DNA from: a virus
Taxonomy: Duplodnaviria; Heunggongvirae; Uroviricota; Caudoviricetes
Strand: one strand, 5' to 3'
IMG/VR virus record: IMGVR_UViG_3300017700_000469
Location: 1-64,000 of that record
DNA length: 64,000 nucleotides
Part shown: one piece after another, positions 20,590 to 30,393 of the stretch
How the letters are laid out: each line of letters begins with the position of its first letter
Numbering within the stretch: the first letter of the stretch is position 1
Notes under the pieces: generated by a model
The model's database searches: none
Told to the model about the DNA's origin: nothing
What the model saw: only the letters and a program-made list of their open reading frames with translations
Position numbers and translations under genes: made by a program

Positions 20590-22137
20590 TTACCCTTGCA
20601 GCACGACCGCGAGACGGCTGTCGAGCATCGCGACACCGGCGAGGATGTCGAGATTCACGACGGTACCGCCGGCTTGGATGTCGTATTGCATCACGACGCG
20701 CATCGCGATGTCGTTGGCGACGGCGATGTCCGACATCGCACCCGACCGATCGCTCGGCAGGGCCAACGGACGAGTGACCAACGCGAGGGCTTCGCGGTGG
20801 AACGCCCAGTTGAACGAACCATACGGGCCGGGGAACGCGGCGGCGTCGTTGACCAACGCGACTTCGAGCGGCCGGTCGAGGACCAAGTCGCAGTTCGAGC
20901 CGTTGTCGGTCGATTCGATGATCGTGTAGACCCGGCGGCTACCGCCGGTCCCGAAGGCGATCATCTGGCCGACTTGCGGAGCCTTGCCGCTGGTGTACCC
21001 ATCGACGCGAACGTCTTCCGAGTAACCCGCGACGTACAGGCCGCCGGCGTCGTCCACCGCACACGCCTTGAAGCGCGTGGTGGCCGCAGCCGCCAGCGTG
21101 GCGTACTTGTTGGCTTCGTTCAGGGTGACGCCCGTCGTCGATCCGGCCTTGGCCGTGATGTACGTCGGTTGGTCGTTACCCGCCACGACGAAGAACTCAC
21201 CGACCGTCACGCCGGCGACGCCGTTCGTGATGGTCTGCGAGGCCGGGGTGACACCCGCCGCGAGGGCGTTGTCCACCGTGGCCGTGACGTCGGTGTCGGC
21301 ACCGGTCGCCATGCTGTTCACGTTCTGGTCCATGAACGTGTTGAAGCCGAGGATGCGGCCGAGCAAGGCGTTTTCCAACGCCGTGCCGCCGTCGCCGCGC
21401 TCGTTGGCCTTGATGAAGAGTTCGTTCTTCAACAGAGCCGTTTCGCTGGACGGCGAGAGGACGAGGTTGCGGTCGGTCGGATACGCCTTGTTGACGTTCA
21501 GGATTTCCCGCGCTTCGAGCACGGCGTCCTTGCTGTTCGCGGCGGTCAAGTTGCTCAGGCGACCGACACGGCTGGTCGGGCCACCGAGGAACTGATGGAT
21601 GCGGCCGAGGACGGCGCGATCCACACCGCGAGCGATGGTCTGCATCGCCGGCAAGAGGTACACGGTCACGAGTTCTTGGAACGACTTGCTGGCTTCGCCG
21701 TCCTTGATCGTGAACGAGTTGTAGAACCACTGATCGAGCGGCACGCGGACGTTCGTCGCGTTCGCGTCTTGCTGCGTCAGCGTGGTGCCGTCCTTCTTAC
21801 GCTTGATCTTGAACGTGCCCGGCCGACGAGTGTTGACCACGTCACCGTAGTCACGGATTTCGTCTTGGAAGTCGCGGTGGACCAAGTTGGCCGCGACCAT
21901 GTTCTCTTCGAGGATCACGAGACCCTCTTGAGCCCAGATTTCCGGGATGAAGGCGTCGTTGTCGTTCGCGAAGCAAGCGACGGCGGCGAGGGAGAGGTAC
22001 ATATTCTTCACAGACAGGTCTCCGAATGGAGTAGAGGAATGAGGGCGAGAGAAGCTCGCACCACAAAGGAAAGGGCCTCGCGAAATGCGAAGCCCTTGAT
22101 GGGGCGTGAACACGCCCTCAGAGAACGATCGTTTCAA
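20590..22137 (-). CDS. Major capsid protein (likely true start at internal ATG 22002, MYLSLAAV...)
   Basis: ~470-515 aa, directly downstream of the scaffold gene and followed by a terminator. N-terminal FIPEIWAQEG...LVHRDF motif. The upstream codon at 22137 is TTG. Confidence 0.7.
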   Translation of the reverse strand: MKRSFSEGVFTPHQGLRISRGPFLCGASFSRPHSSTPFGDLSVKNMYLSLAAVACFANDNDAFIPEIWAQEGLVILEENMVAANLVHRDFQDEIRDYGDVVNTRRPGTFKIKRKKDGTTLTQQDANATNVRVPLDQWFYNSFTIKDGEASKSFQELVTVYLLPAMQTIARGVDRAVLGRIHQFLGGPTSRVGRLSNLTAANSKDAVLEAREILNVNKAYPTDRNLVLSPSSETALLKNELFIKANERGDGGTALENALLGRILGFNTFMDQNVNSMATGADTDVTATVDNALAAGVTPASQTITNGVAGVTVGEFFVVAGNDQPTYITAKAGSTTGVTLNEANKYATLAAAATTRFKACAVDDAGGLYVAGYSEDVRVDGYTSGKAPQVGQMIAFGTGGSRRVYTIIESTDNGSNCDLVLDRPLEVALVNDAAAFPGPYGSFNWAFHREALALVTRPLALPSDRSGAMSDIAVANDIAMRVVMQYDIQAGGTVVNLDILAGVAMLDSRLAVVLQG

Positions 22138-22153
22138 ACAACCCCGGTGGGGT

Positions 22154-22990
22154 TTAGCGGCGTCCGCTCTTTCGTTGCGGAGCGAGGCCGAGAGCGGCCG
22201 GGTTCTTCTCTCGGAGTTCGCGGTACTGCGCGGTCGTCAAATTCTTCAGGTTGATCTTGCCGTTGGCACCGGGCACGACGCCCGTGGCCGAGTTCGAGCC
22301 GATGCCCGACACGACGTTCGACTTGAAGAGGTTGCCGTATGTTTCCGGCAGGTCTTTCATTCGCTTGACGGCTTCAGCCGGCGTGCGAACCGTGATCGTC
22401 GGGTTGCCATCGGCATCGACGTCCGGGAAGTCAACGACGGTCTTGAACTTGCCGGTGGACTTGCCGGTCTTCTCGTCGAGGTCTTCGACGAGCCGGGTCA
22501 TCGGCTTCAAGAGTGCGACGATCTGGCTGGCTTGGAAGGCTTCGGCGGTGATGGCGGCGTCTTGCAGCGAGCGGGCGACGGTTTCCGACTTGTATCGGGT
22601 CTCCCACTCAGCGGCCTTCTGCTCACCTTCCTTGATCTTGCCGGTCAACGTCTCTTCGAGTTGTCGCTTCTCCATCTTGGCTTGCTCTTCGCGGGTGCGA
22701 AGCTGGCCTTGGACGGTGGCGAGGTTCTCTTCGAGAGTCGAGCGTTCCTTCTCAGTCAGCGACTTGTTGGTCGCGAGCAAGTCTTTGAACCCTTGCTCCG
22801 TCTTCAACAGCGCGGCTTGGTGTTTCCGCTTGTCTTCAGCGAGCAGACGGTTGACGTCGTCTTGCGTGAAGGTCTTGCCTTCGTTTCCTGTGGCGGCAGC
22901 GGCAGCGGCGGCAGCCGCAGCGGCAGCCTCATCCTCAGCAGCATCGAAGCACGAAACGAGAGCGAGCGAGCGGTACGAATGGAGTTTCAT
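22154..22990 (-). CDS. Scaffolding protein (start refined to MKLHSYRS)
   Basis: Poly-Ala tract and a long Glu/Lys/Gln-rich coiled-coil region. Position between portal and capsid. RBS GGGGTAAAGG precedes the ATG at 22990. Confidence 0.6.
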   Translation of the reverse strand: MKLHSYRSLALVSCFDAAEDEAAAAAAAAAAAATGNEGKTFTQDDVNRLLAEDKRKHQAALLKTEQGFKDLLATNKSLTEKERSTLEENLATVQGQLRTREEQAKMEKRQLEETLTGKIKEGEQKAAEWETRYKSETVARSLQDAAITAEAFQASQIVALLKPMTRLVEDLDEKTGKSTGKFKTVVDFPDVDADGNPTITVRTPAEAVKRMKDLPETYGNLFKSNVVSGIGSNSATGVVPGANGKINLKNLTTAQYRELREKNPAALGLAPQRKSGRR

Positions 22991-23114
22991 TGTCAGCGGA
23001 CCTTTACCCCGATGTGTGAGATGCCGTAAATGCTGACCCAGCGGTAAGTCAGCAAGGCCCTGGCAGCCGCCAGTGGGACGATGACGCGCGGAATTGCGCG
23101 TCCTCGTAGAGTGG

Positions 23115-23642
23115 TCACGAGATGCGAGCGATCTTGATGGAGTCACCGTCACGTAAGAACGGGCGAATGAGTCGCCACGCCATCGCGTTGGGTACACCGT
23201 TAATCAAGTGTTCGATCGGAACTTGCGACCGTTGGTAGGTAGTGCGAACGGACGAGTAGCCTTGGCTGATGATGCCGAGGTTCTCCAACTCCAACTCCGG
23301 GTCTTTCCCGTCGAGCAGAGAGTGAGCGATCTCATAACAGGCACGACGGATCGCATCGGGGACGTCGGTGTCTGAGCCTCGCGGGAACTCAAGAGGTTGC
23401 GAGGCTTCGGCTTCCCGTATCTGCTCTTGCGTGGCGTCCGAGTCGGACTCAAGCAGAGCGTGAACGGCGGCCTTGTTGCCTTTGTAGTTCAGCGTGTCGA
23501 TGATCTGCGTAGCGGCCCAAAGAGCCTTCGGCCGATCGGCGACTGCTGCACCGGTCCAGGCGGTTTCATGGAGGCGATGATCGAAGTAGTCATACGCCTC
23601 TTGGAGAGTGCCGTAGTATTCGGTGTTGATCGACAACGTCAC
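23115..23642 (-). CDS. head morphogenesis protein (hypothetical) between portal and scaffold
   Basis: Position only. Its start overlaps the portal stop. Confidence 0.35.
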   Translation of the reverse strand: MTLSINTEYYGTLQEAYDYFDHRLHETAWTGAAVADRPKALWAATQIIDTLNYKGNKAAVHALLESDSDATQEQIREAEASQPLEFPRGSDTDVPDAIRRACYEIAHSLLDGKDPELELENLGIISQGYSSVRTTYQRSQVPIEHLINGVPNAMAWRLIRPFLRDGDSIKIARIS

Positions 23643-25456
23643 TCTCCCTTAGCTGTGGCACCCGAGACTCGGGCACCCTTGTTCTTGCCACGCTGACGGC
23701 GAGCCCTGCCGCCTTGCAGCGTTGGGTCACTCGATGCGGCCTTCTCGGCAGCGGCGGCCTTCGGGTCTGCCGAAAGGTCGGCCACACCGCGAGCGCCCGG
23801 ATCGCCTGCACCCGGTTTGACGGATGCTTGGGCTTGGGCGACTCGTGCAGCACGAGCCGCGTGATCGAGACGAGCTTGTAGAAAGATGCCTTGTGCGAAG
23901 CCCAAGGCTTCGGACCCGGTCTTCTCGTCGCAAAGTCCGGCTTCAACCGCAGCGATGATCGTGTCGGGATCGGATGTGAGGTAATCACAGCCGTCGATCT
24001 CGGCATGAATCTTGTCGATTGTTCCGACATCGACCTTGCCGCTGAGCAGCACGGTGATGATGTTCTTCGCGATCTCGATCTTGGCCTTGCGGCCTGGGAC
24101 CGTGTAGATGAGCTTGGCCAGTGCGGCGCACTCTTCGATACGGTCGGCGTCGGTCTTCAGCGAGTAGCGGTCCGGGTACTTGACCGTGGCCACTTCGCGT
24201 TCTTTGACGTTCTTGTTTTCGTAGGCCGCCCAGAACTGAGCGATCTGTTGCTCGGCACTCGCGAGGACCAAGCCGATGTAGGACAGGCCGGCTTCCAGCC
24301 CTTGGTTGTCGAGCGACTTCGACTCAGCGGAGCCGCGAGTCGCGATCGATTGGACGGACAGGTTGACCAGCTTGCGGATGTCGGCTTCGAGCTTCTCTTG
24401 GAGACCGATGGAGGCTAGGAGCGGCTCGGGCGACGGGTTAATGAACGCCGGGGCGTCCATGTCCTTACCGTAAGCACGACCATTACCCGCACCGACCATG
24501 ATGCTCTGTTCGCCGGCACCTTGACCGCCGGTGGTCGCCGTGCCGTCTGCGGTGCTCGCTTGCTTCAGGTGCGTCCCGATGGCCCGCATGTCCCGTTGTT
24601 CGATGTAGAACGGGAAGTTGGACTGAAGGGCGTACCACACGTCGCGAGACGCGAGGTTGAGCAGAGCGACTTGGTGTCGCCACACGTCTTTGATTAAGCT
24701 GTCGCCGATGTCTGGCATGACGAACGGGATGCGATTCAGTTCGAGTCGCACCGGGCCGCCTGGGTTGCCGTCTCGGTCGATCTCTTCGCCTGCGGCGTTG
24801 AAGAACTGAAGCATGACGTAGCCGTCTTCGAGCCACAGCAGACGAAACCGTTGGAAGGTTTGCATCGGCAGCATCGTGCGGCGGTCATAGTCCATGCAGG
24901 AATCGCGGACGAGCAACGCTTGGAACTCGGACGGGTTGTCCGCGCTGGCACTCGTGAACGACAGGATGTCTTCGACTTGGTAGGCGTAGAGATAGGGACG
25001 GGCACCGATCGAGTCGGCCACCGATTCACCGACCACCACTGAGTTGTCCACGTAGATGCCGCATCGACCCATCACAAGCAGGTCGCTGAGCACCTTCATC
25101 CCGAGGAAGGCGCTCATCGTGTTTCCACGACGATCGACCCCGAGGTTCTGGCCGGCGACGGCTTGACGGTAAGCAATGCTGCCACCGGTTCGCGTGACGT
25201 CGCACATCCGTTGAAAGATGCTGTTGCGAATGTCGTTGACTGCGGACTTAGCGAAGGCCGGCACGGGTGTGACCCGCTTGCGGGTCTGGAAGTCTTCGTT
25301 GTCTTCGCGGCTGTTGAAGCGTTCGAGAAACTTGTTCTTGAAGTCTTCGCCACCTTGATACGTGAGACGCCAGTTCTCCCAGTCGTTCATGGAGGCCATG
25401 AAGCTGGGGTGCCGACTATCGATAATCCGAGTCGGAGCGACTTGTGTCAGTGCCAT
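23639..25456 (-). CDS. Portal protein
   Basis: 605 aa, immediately downstream of TerL. Gly/Ala/Arg-rich charged C-terminal tail. Confidence 0.65.
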   Translation of the reverse strand: MALTQVAPTRIIDSRHPSFMASMNDWENWRLTYQGGEDFKNKFLERFNSREDNEDFQTRKRVTPVPAFAKSAVNDIRNSIFQRMCDVTRTGGSIAYRQAVAGQNLGVDRRGNTMSAFLGMKVLSDLLVMGRCGIYVDNSVVVGESVADSIGARPYLYAYQVEDILSFTSASADNPSEFQALLVRDSCMDYDRRTMLPMQTFQRFRLLWLEDGYVMLQFFNAAGEEIDRDGNPGGPVRLELNRIPFVMPDIGDSLIKDVWRHQVALLNLASRDVWYALQSNFPFYIEQRDMRAIGTHLKQASTADGTATTGGQGAGEQSIMVGAGNGRAYGKDMDAPAFINPSPEPLLASIGLQEKLEADIRKLVNLSVQSIATRGSAESKSLDNQGLEAGLSYIGLVLASAEQQIAQFWAAYENKNVKEREVATVKYPDRYSLKTDADRIEECAALAKLIYTVPGRKAKIEIAKNIITVLLSGKVDVGTIDKIHAEIDGCDYLTSDPDTIIAAVEAGLCDEKTGSEALGFAQGIFLQARLDHAARAARVAQAQASVKPGAGDPGARGVADLSADPKAAAAEKAASSDPTLQGGRARRQRGKNKGARVSGATAKGE

Positions 25457-25471
25457 TGGCTCGAACTCCGA

Positions 25472-27163
25472 CTAGAGAAATTTCTTGATGTCCAAGTTCG
25501 TCTGCTGGGCCGCACAAAGCGGTAGCGCGATCTCGCTGTAAGTTCGAGCGTGGGCAAAGTGGTCTGGACCCGTCTTCACGTAATCCAAAACCGGGTTGCC
25601 GTCGTCGTCTCGAACGTAGGTTGATGTGAGAGCCTTCATGTGCTCGCGGTACTCAAGCGGGATGTCGCTCGGGAGCCAGAGGCGGGTCGGGTCGGTCTTG
25701 AAACGGCCGAGTGAGGCACTCAGCCAGTTCGACCGATCAACGGTCGCGACGGGGGCACCGTCTTCCTCTTCGCTCAATGCGATTTCTTTGGCGGACGTTC
25801 CTCGGCGGTACTGGCAGAGCCAGACGTAACCAGGGAACCGACGAGCGAAGCGTCGAGCTTCCATTCGGCCTGGATCGGCATCCACGACGCAGGCGAGGAC
25901 TTGCCACTCCCGCATCAGGTTGTCGACCGTCTTGTCGAAGTCTTCGTCAAGGAACTTATGCACGTAGAGCGTCTTGCCGCGAGCGGCGACGTTCAGGTCT
26001 AGGCCCCACTTGTCGAAGAACCATTCGGTCACTTCGGCATAGTTCCATTTCCCGCGATCGATACCCATCGTGATGATGCGACCTGCTTGGCTCGGCCGGC
26101 AGTCGTTCATCATGTAGCCGCCGCCAGCGGCGACGGATCGATCGAGCATCACGTCGTCTACCTTCGCACCGTCACCGATGAAGGGCAGACCGAGCTTCGA
26201 GTTGTGGAACTCTTTCTGAGCGAGTTCATCGCCGAGGCCACGGAAGTGGGCGACGACGAGTTCGCCAGGATTGATAGTGAAGCTGTAAAGCTGATTGATG
26301 TAGAAGCCACGCACGTCCGGGTTGGCGTTCTTGTCGAAGGCTTCCCAGTAGGCATTCTTGAGGAAGTTCGGCTTGTCTCGCTGATCGAGGCGGCCCTTAC
26401 ATTCCTTGCACTTCAGGTATGACTCTTTGCAGCGGACGTCCGTGACGTGCTCGCCGATGATCTCGATGCACTCGGGCCAGACCAACTCGGTCAGTCGCGA
26501 GCAGCACGGACACTTGAACACGAAGTGTTCTTGCGTCGTGCCCATGTACAGTTTGTGGATACCGAAGTTCGGAATGGTCGGCGTCGAGATGCCCCAAACG
26601 TGCTTCTCGATCTTGCCAGACAACCGCTCTAAGGCGAGCCACACTTGCTTCTGTTCCATCCGGTCCACTTCGTCGAGAAGTAGTTCGGACACAGGAATCG
26701 ACACGAGGTTGCTGTCGCCGCGCGAGCCGCGAATGTACAACGTGTTCGATCCGGCTTGCTTCAAGTTCACCGCATTGGTGTCGGTGAACAGCGACTTCAG
26801 GTACGGGCTCAAGCTGAGGGCACCGCCGAAGCGAGCCTTGCTGAAGTCGGAAGCTGTCAGCGACGTGGGGAGAACGTAGAGTACGTCTCGTTTCAGCTTG
26901 TCGATGATGTAGAGGGCGCGGTTGATCGCAACCTCGGTCACACCAAGCTGAGCACCCTTCATCGCGTAGTTGTAGGACGCCTTGGAATCGTGCATCGCGA
27001 CCACCCACGGGTGGAGGCGTGCCGAATACGGGGCGGGTTGGTTCGTCTCAACCCCTTGGATGATTCGCCGGCGTTCAGCCCAACGGAAACAACTCGTCAG
27101 CGTCCGATTCTTCAGGCCGTCCACGAGGGACTCCCGGAAATCGTCGATTAGTTTGTCGCTCAT
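25472..27163 (-). CDS. Terminase large subunit (GpA-like, with a Zn-finger insertion)
   Basis: 563 aa with an ATPase N-terminal half and a nuclease C-terminal half. FKCPCCSRL...CKECKGRL zinc-ribbon element as in lambda GpA-type terminases. Directly upstream of the portal. Confidence 0.85.
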   Translation of the reverse strand: MSDKLIDDFRESLVDGLKNRTLTSCFRWAERRRIIQGVETNQPAPYSARLHPWVVAMHDSKASYNYAMKGAQLGVTEVAINRALYIIDKLKRDVLYVLPTSLTASDFSKARFGGALSLSPYLKSLFTDTNAVNLKQAGSNTLYIRGSRGDSNLVSIPVSELLLDEVDRMEQKQVWLALERLSGKIEKHVWGISTPTIPNFGIHKLYMGTTQEHFVFKCPCCSRLTELVWPECIEIIGEHVTDVRCKESYLKCKECKGRLDQRDKPNFLKNAYWEAFDKNANPDVRGFYINQLYSFTINPGELVVAHFRGLGDELAQKEFHNSKLGLPFIGDGAKVDDVMLDRSVAAGGGYMMNDCRPSQAGRIITMGIDRGKWNYAEVTEWFFDKWGLDLNVAARGKTLYVHKFLDEDFDKTVDNLMREWQVLACVVDADPGRMEARRFARRFPGYVWLCQYRRGTSAKEIALSEEEDGAPVATVDRSNWLSASLGRFKTDPTRLWLPSDIPLEYREHMKALTSTYVRDDDGNPVLDYVKTGPDHFAHARTYSEIALPLCAAQQTNLDIKKFL

Positions 27164-27263
27164 TGTGCGCCGTGTGTATTTGGGATCGCTTCATGGAGCG
27201 GGTTCGCTTGATGTGCCAGCGGCACTAAAGTTGTGGCGTTCTTCCCGCGCGATCCCATTAAAG

Positions 27264-27295
27264 AAGCCCAGGCCGGATGTGCCCGGCCTGGGCTT
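27264..27295 (-). terminator. Hairpin (13-bp perfect stem) between the Gly/Thr-rich protein gene and the terminase
   Basis: aagcccaggccgg atgtgc ccggcctgggctt. On the - strand it is followed by ctttaat. It may separate the paralog-array operon from the late operon. Confidence 0.4.
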
Positions 27296-27324
27296 AGATG
27301 TTGATGCAGACTTGGGAGCTTGGC

Positions 27325-28035
27325 TTAGTAGCCGAGCTTGGTGAGCAGGGTCGCTTCGGCCGTCGTGCTGAGATCGGCGATCGCGGCTTCGCGGACGAGA
27401 GCACGGATCGTGTCTTCGCCCATCGAGAACGGATACTTCCCGCGAGGACACCGAGCGGTGACGCTGGAAGGATCGGAGCCTTGGTCGGGGATCGTGCCGC
27501 CGAGAATGCCGAGGGCGAAGAGCAGAGCCCAGGCCGTGCGTTCGGCTTGACCGGCCGTCGTGACCGAGATCACACCGGCGGAACCGCCGCCGGTGAGGCC
27601 GGCACCGTTGATGGTCGTGAGAGCGTGGTTCGCACCCTTGACCGAGTTGCCGCTGAACGTCAACACGACCGGCGTCGTGGTGAGCGGGCCACCGGAGACG
27701 GCGATGTCGCCGTTCGTCCAACCGGTGATGGAAGCCGACGTGGCGGCCGTGTTGATCGCGGAGAGGATCGCGGCGGCGTTGCCGTCGTGAGCGATGTTCG
27801 CCGTCGTGAAGGTCTGGCCGCTTCGCAGCGTGACCGTCAGCGTGTAGTTGCCGCCGCTGACGGTGGCGACGTGGATCGCGATCGACTGCACTTCGTTCCG
27901 TACCGCACAGTTGGTCGGAACGTCGAAGTCACCGATCTGTTGCAGGAGGGCCTTCAGATCACGGATGCCGGGGCGACCCGTGTGGTTGTCTTCGATACTG
28001 GCCGAGCTAGCGATGATGGATGCGATTACCGACAT
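27325..28035 (-). CDS. Gly/Thr/Ala-rich beta-rich hypothetical protein (fibre/adhesin-like; distant relative of the downstream paralog family?)
   Basis: TGWTNGDIAVSGGPLTTTPVVLTFSG loosely resembles the TGQWD..GGLT..LTTT.P core of the paralog array. Confidence 0.4.
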   Translation of the reverse strand: MSVIASIIASSASIEDNHTGRPGIRDLKALLQQIGDFDVPTNCAVRNEVQSIAIHVATVSGGNYTLTVTLRSGQTFTTANIAHDGNAAAILSAINTAATSASITGWTNGDIAVSGGPLTTTPVVLTFSGNSVKGANHALTTINGAGLTGGGSAGVISVTTAGQAERTAWALLFALGILGGTIPDQGSDPSSVTARCPRGKYPFSMGEDTIRALVREAAIADLSTTAEATLLTKLGY

Positions 28036-28104
28036 GGTAATGGTGGTTCCTGGTTGTGTTGGGCGGATCGACCGCGATGTGGATTCGGCGACGGCCGAGA
28101 AGCG

Positions 28105-28578
28105 TTACAGAAGGACCGGCGACTTGATGCTGAGCAACATCGTCGTGGCGGTGAGTGCGACACCGACTTCGACGACGAACTGCGTCACCGTGACGGGCGC
28201 TGTCGTCGTGAGCATTCCGGCGGTAGCCGCACTGAGGTAGTAGACGGAACCCGGCGTCAAGCCACCGGTCTGTCCCGTCACTGCATCCCATTGGCCGGTC
28301 GTTGCCGACAGTTGGCCGGCGGATTGGCCGACGATGTCACCGGCTGTGGCCACCGTGACGTCGGTCACGAGACCTGTTACACGCGATGTGCCCGCTGCGT
28401 CGGCTTTAGCCTTGTCGGCTTTGCCGTTTGATTTGCCATAGATCGGTGTGCCGATTACGACGGCACCGGCGTTGTCATTGACGGTGTCGAAGTTCGTGCC
28501 GATGCCATCGGCACCAGGAGTGCCGGGGCCGCCACCGCCACCGCCACCGCCACCGCCTGTCATGGAAAAGGTGCTCAT
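28105..28578 (-). CDS. Paralog-array member 1 (poly-Gly N-terminus; conserved C-terminal TTGQWD...GGLTPGSVYYL module)
   Basis: ATTGQWDAVTGQTGGLTPGSVYYLSAATAGMLTTTAPVTVTQFVVEVGVAL. Ten consecutive Gly at residues 8-17. Confidence 0.55.
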   Translation of the reverse strand: MSTFSMTGGGGGGGGGGPGTPGADGIGTNFDTVNDNAGAVVIGTPIYGKSNGKADKAKADAAGTSRVTGLVTDVTVATAGDIVGQSAGQLSATTGQWDAVTGQTGGLTPGSVYYLSAATAGMLTTTAPVTVTQFVVEVGVALTATTMLLSIKSPVLL

Positions 28579-28581
28579 GGC

Positions 28582-28914
28582 TTACACCCCCATCCAGGCA
28601 ACATCTTGGTCAACGGCGGACGAGATCACGTAGATCGCGGTCGGATCGTCGATCGGAATGAGAACCGATTGGCCGGGCGGGATCGGTAGGCCGCCGGTAC
28701 CGGGATCACTGTCGGCCGTCACGCCTTTGCGGCCGACCCACACACAGGCGGTGTTCGCAGACGGGTCTTCGCTGCCGGGAGTGCGAACAAGAATCCCCTT
28801 GTCGAACTTCAGACCAAGGCTTGTCAGCGGTACGGCCGTGGTACCCACGACTGTGTGACCGTGAGCGAATCGCGAAGGTTCGGACGTCTCTTTCGAGACT
28901 TGAATAACGGACAT
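28582..28914 (-). CDS. small beta-rich hypothetical protein inside the paralog array (not a family member)
   Basis: 110 aa with no shared C-terminal module. Tightly packed between array members. Confidence 0.4.
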   Translation of the reverse strand: MSVIQVSKETSEPSRFAHGHTVVGTTAVPLTSLGLKFDKGILVRTPGSEDPSANTACVWVGRKGVTADSDPGTGGLPIPPGQSVLIPIDDPTAIYVISSAVDQDVAWMGV

Positions 28915-28925
28915 CGTGGCTATCC

Positions 28926-29408
28926 TTACGGAATGATTCTTGGTGGTTGTGGGAGCACCAGCAGTTCGGTGCTACTGATGGCGAGGCCCACGATGGTGAC
29001 GTACTGGCCGCTTGTAGACGGCGCTGTCTTTGTGAGTCGTTGTGCGGTGGTCGGGTCGAGGTAGTACCAAGAACCGGGTGTCAGCCCGCCGGACTGGCCG
29101 GTGATAGAGTCCCAAAGGGCCGTCGCTTGGACGTAGATGCCTCGGAAGATCATCGGACCGGGCGAGCTTGTGCCCAACGTAGTACCAGCGAGGCCGACGA
29201 CTGTGGCTGCGGCGGCCGACGTGGCAATCCCCTTGGTGACGACGCCGGCGGCCGAGGCGTACACCGCGCCGCCTGTGTTGATGCTGCCGGTGTTTGCTTT
29301 GCATGAACCGACGTCTTGCGGTGTGTAGTCCGCATTGCCGAAGGATTGCAGCAGGTCGATGAATGTTCCCGTGCCAAGGCCGAGGAAGCGTCGTAGAGCA
29401 GCGGGCAT
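28926..29408 (-). CDS. Paralog-array member 2
   Basis: ALWDSITGQSGGLTPGSWYYLDPTTAQRLTKTAPSTSGQYVTIVGLAISSTELLVLPQPP. Confidence 0.55.
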   Translation of the reverse strand: MPAALRRFLGLGTGTFIDLLQSFGNADYTPQDVGSCKANTGSINTGGAVYASAAGVVTKGIATSAAAATVVGLAGTTLGTSSPGPMIFRGIYVQATALWDSITGQSGGLTPGSWYYLDPTTAQRLTKTAPSTSGQYVTIVGLAISSTELLVLPQPPRIIP

Positions 29409-29417
29409 GTTGACGCC

Positions 29418-29888
29418 TTACAGTGCGATTGGTGGTTGGAGCAAGATGGCAAGCTCGGTCGTGCTGAGAGCGATACCGACTTGAACCACGAACTGACCGG
29501 GTGTGGTTGGCTTGGTTGTGGTCAGCTTTCCGGCGGTGGCCGGGTCGAGATAGTAGACGGAGCCCGAAGTCAGACCGCCGCTCTGTCCGGTCACTACATC
29601 CCACTGGCCGGTAGTCGCCTCGAATCTGCCAGCGACTTGAACGATGCCCGTCCCGGCCGAGGCGATGGACGTGTCGAAGACAAGGCCGAAGACACTCGCG
29701 GTGCCCGCAGCATCAGCCCGAGCTAAGTCGAAGTGGCCACTCGTGGTCTTCGGATAGACGACGCTGCAAATGACCGCCGCACCCGCGTTGTCATTGATCT
29801 TGGACGTCGCAAGGTGGTCCCAGATGTCACCGGCTTGTAGTTGGCGGGTGTATCCACCGGACCAAACAAGTCCTTTTCTCAATGCCAT
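29418..29888 (-). CDS. Paralog-array member 3
   Basis: QLQAGDIWD N-terminal motif. ATTGQWDVVTGQSGGLTSGSVYYLDPATAGKLTTTKPTTPGQFVVQVGIALSTTELAILLQPPIAL. Confidence 0.6.
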   Translation of the reverse strand: MALRKGLVWSGGYTRQLQAGDIWDHLATSKINDNAGAAVICSVVYPKTTSGHFDLARADAAGTASVFGLVFDTSIASAGTGIVQVAGRFEATTGQWDVVTGQSGGLTSGSVYYLDPATAGKLTTTKPTTPGQFVVQVGIALSTTELAILLQPPIAL

Positions 29889-29897
29889 TGGATTACC

Positions 29898-30377
29898 TTA
29901 AAGTTGGATCGGAGGTTGCAACTCGATGTTCATCTGCGTCAGACTGATCGCGTATCCGACGCGGACGATCCATTGCCCCGGAGTCGTAGGAGCGGTAGTC
30001 GTCATCTTCCCGGCCGTTGTCGGGTCAAGGTAATAGACTGAGGCCGTCACGAGACCGGCGGTGCCGACGATCGCGTTCCACTCTGTCGTCGTCAGTGTGA
30101 GAACGCCGTCGCAGACGACGATGCCATTACCACCGCTGGCCGTACTCGCACTGAGCATCAGGCCGATCAACTCGGACGTTGAGATGGAATCGGCTCGCCC
30201 CTTGTCGATGTGGTCGGCACTCGACACATAAACCGGCGTACCGCAAACCAATGCACCGGCGTTGGCGTTAGTCATCGTGAACTTGACCAGTTCACTGATC
30301 GGACTATCGACCGTGTCGCCGGCCTGAAGCTGTTGGACTTGACCGTCAACCATGACCAGCGGGATTCGAGTGGCCAT
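29898..30377 (-). CDS. Paralog-array member 4
   Basis: DGQVQQLQAGDTVD N-terminal motif. TTTEWNAIVGTAGLVTASVYYLDPTTAGKMTTTAPTTPGQWIVRVGYAISLTQMNIELQPPIQL. Confidence 0.6.
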   Translation of the reverse strand: MATRIPLVMVDGQVQQLQAGDTVDSPISELVKFTMTNANAGALVCGTPVYVSSADHIDKGRADSISTSELIGLMLSASTASGGNGIVVCDGVLTLTTTEWNAIVGTAGLVTASVYYLDPTTAGKMTTTAPTTPGQWIVRVGYAISLTQMNIELQPPIQL

Positions 30378-30393
30378 TGTTTGGCTCCAACAC

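Noticed and set aside
22880-22945. Poly-GCN nucleotide repeat (poly-Ala) and the poly-Gly run near 28525-28560 as possible CRISPR or tandem-repeat elements
   Set aside because: Both are in-frame homopolymeric codon runs inside coding genes (the scaffold and paralog 1), not spacer-repeat arrays. No CRISPR-like array exists in the window.
27325-28035. Small terminase subunit at the position immediately upstream of TerL
   Set aside because: The protein is Gly/Thr-rich and beta/fibre-like, with no HTH or oligomerisation helix pattern. It resembles the downstream paralog family instead. A small terminase is not confidently identified.
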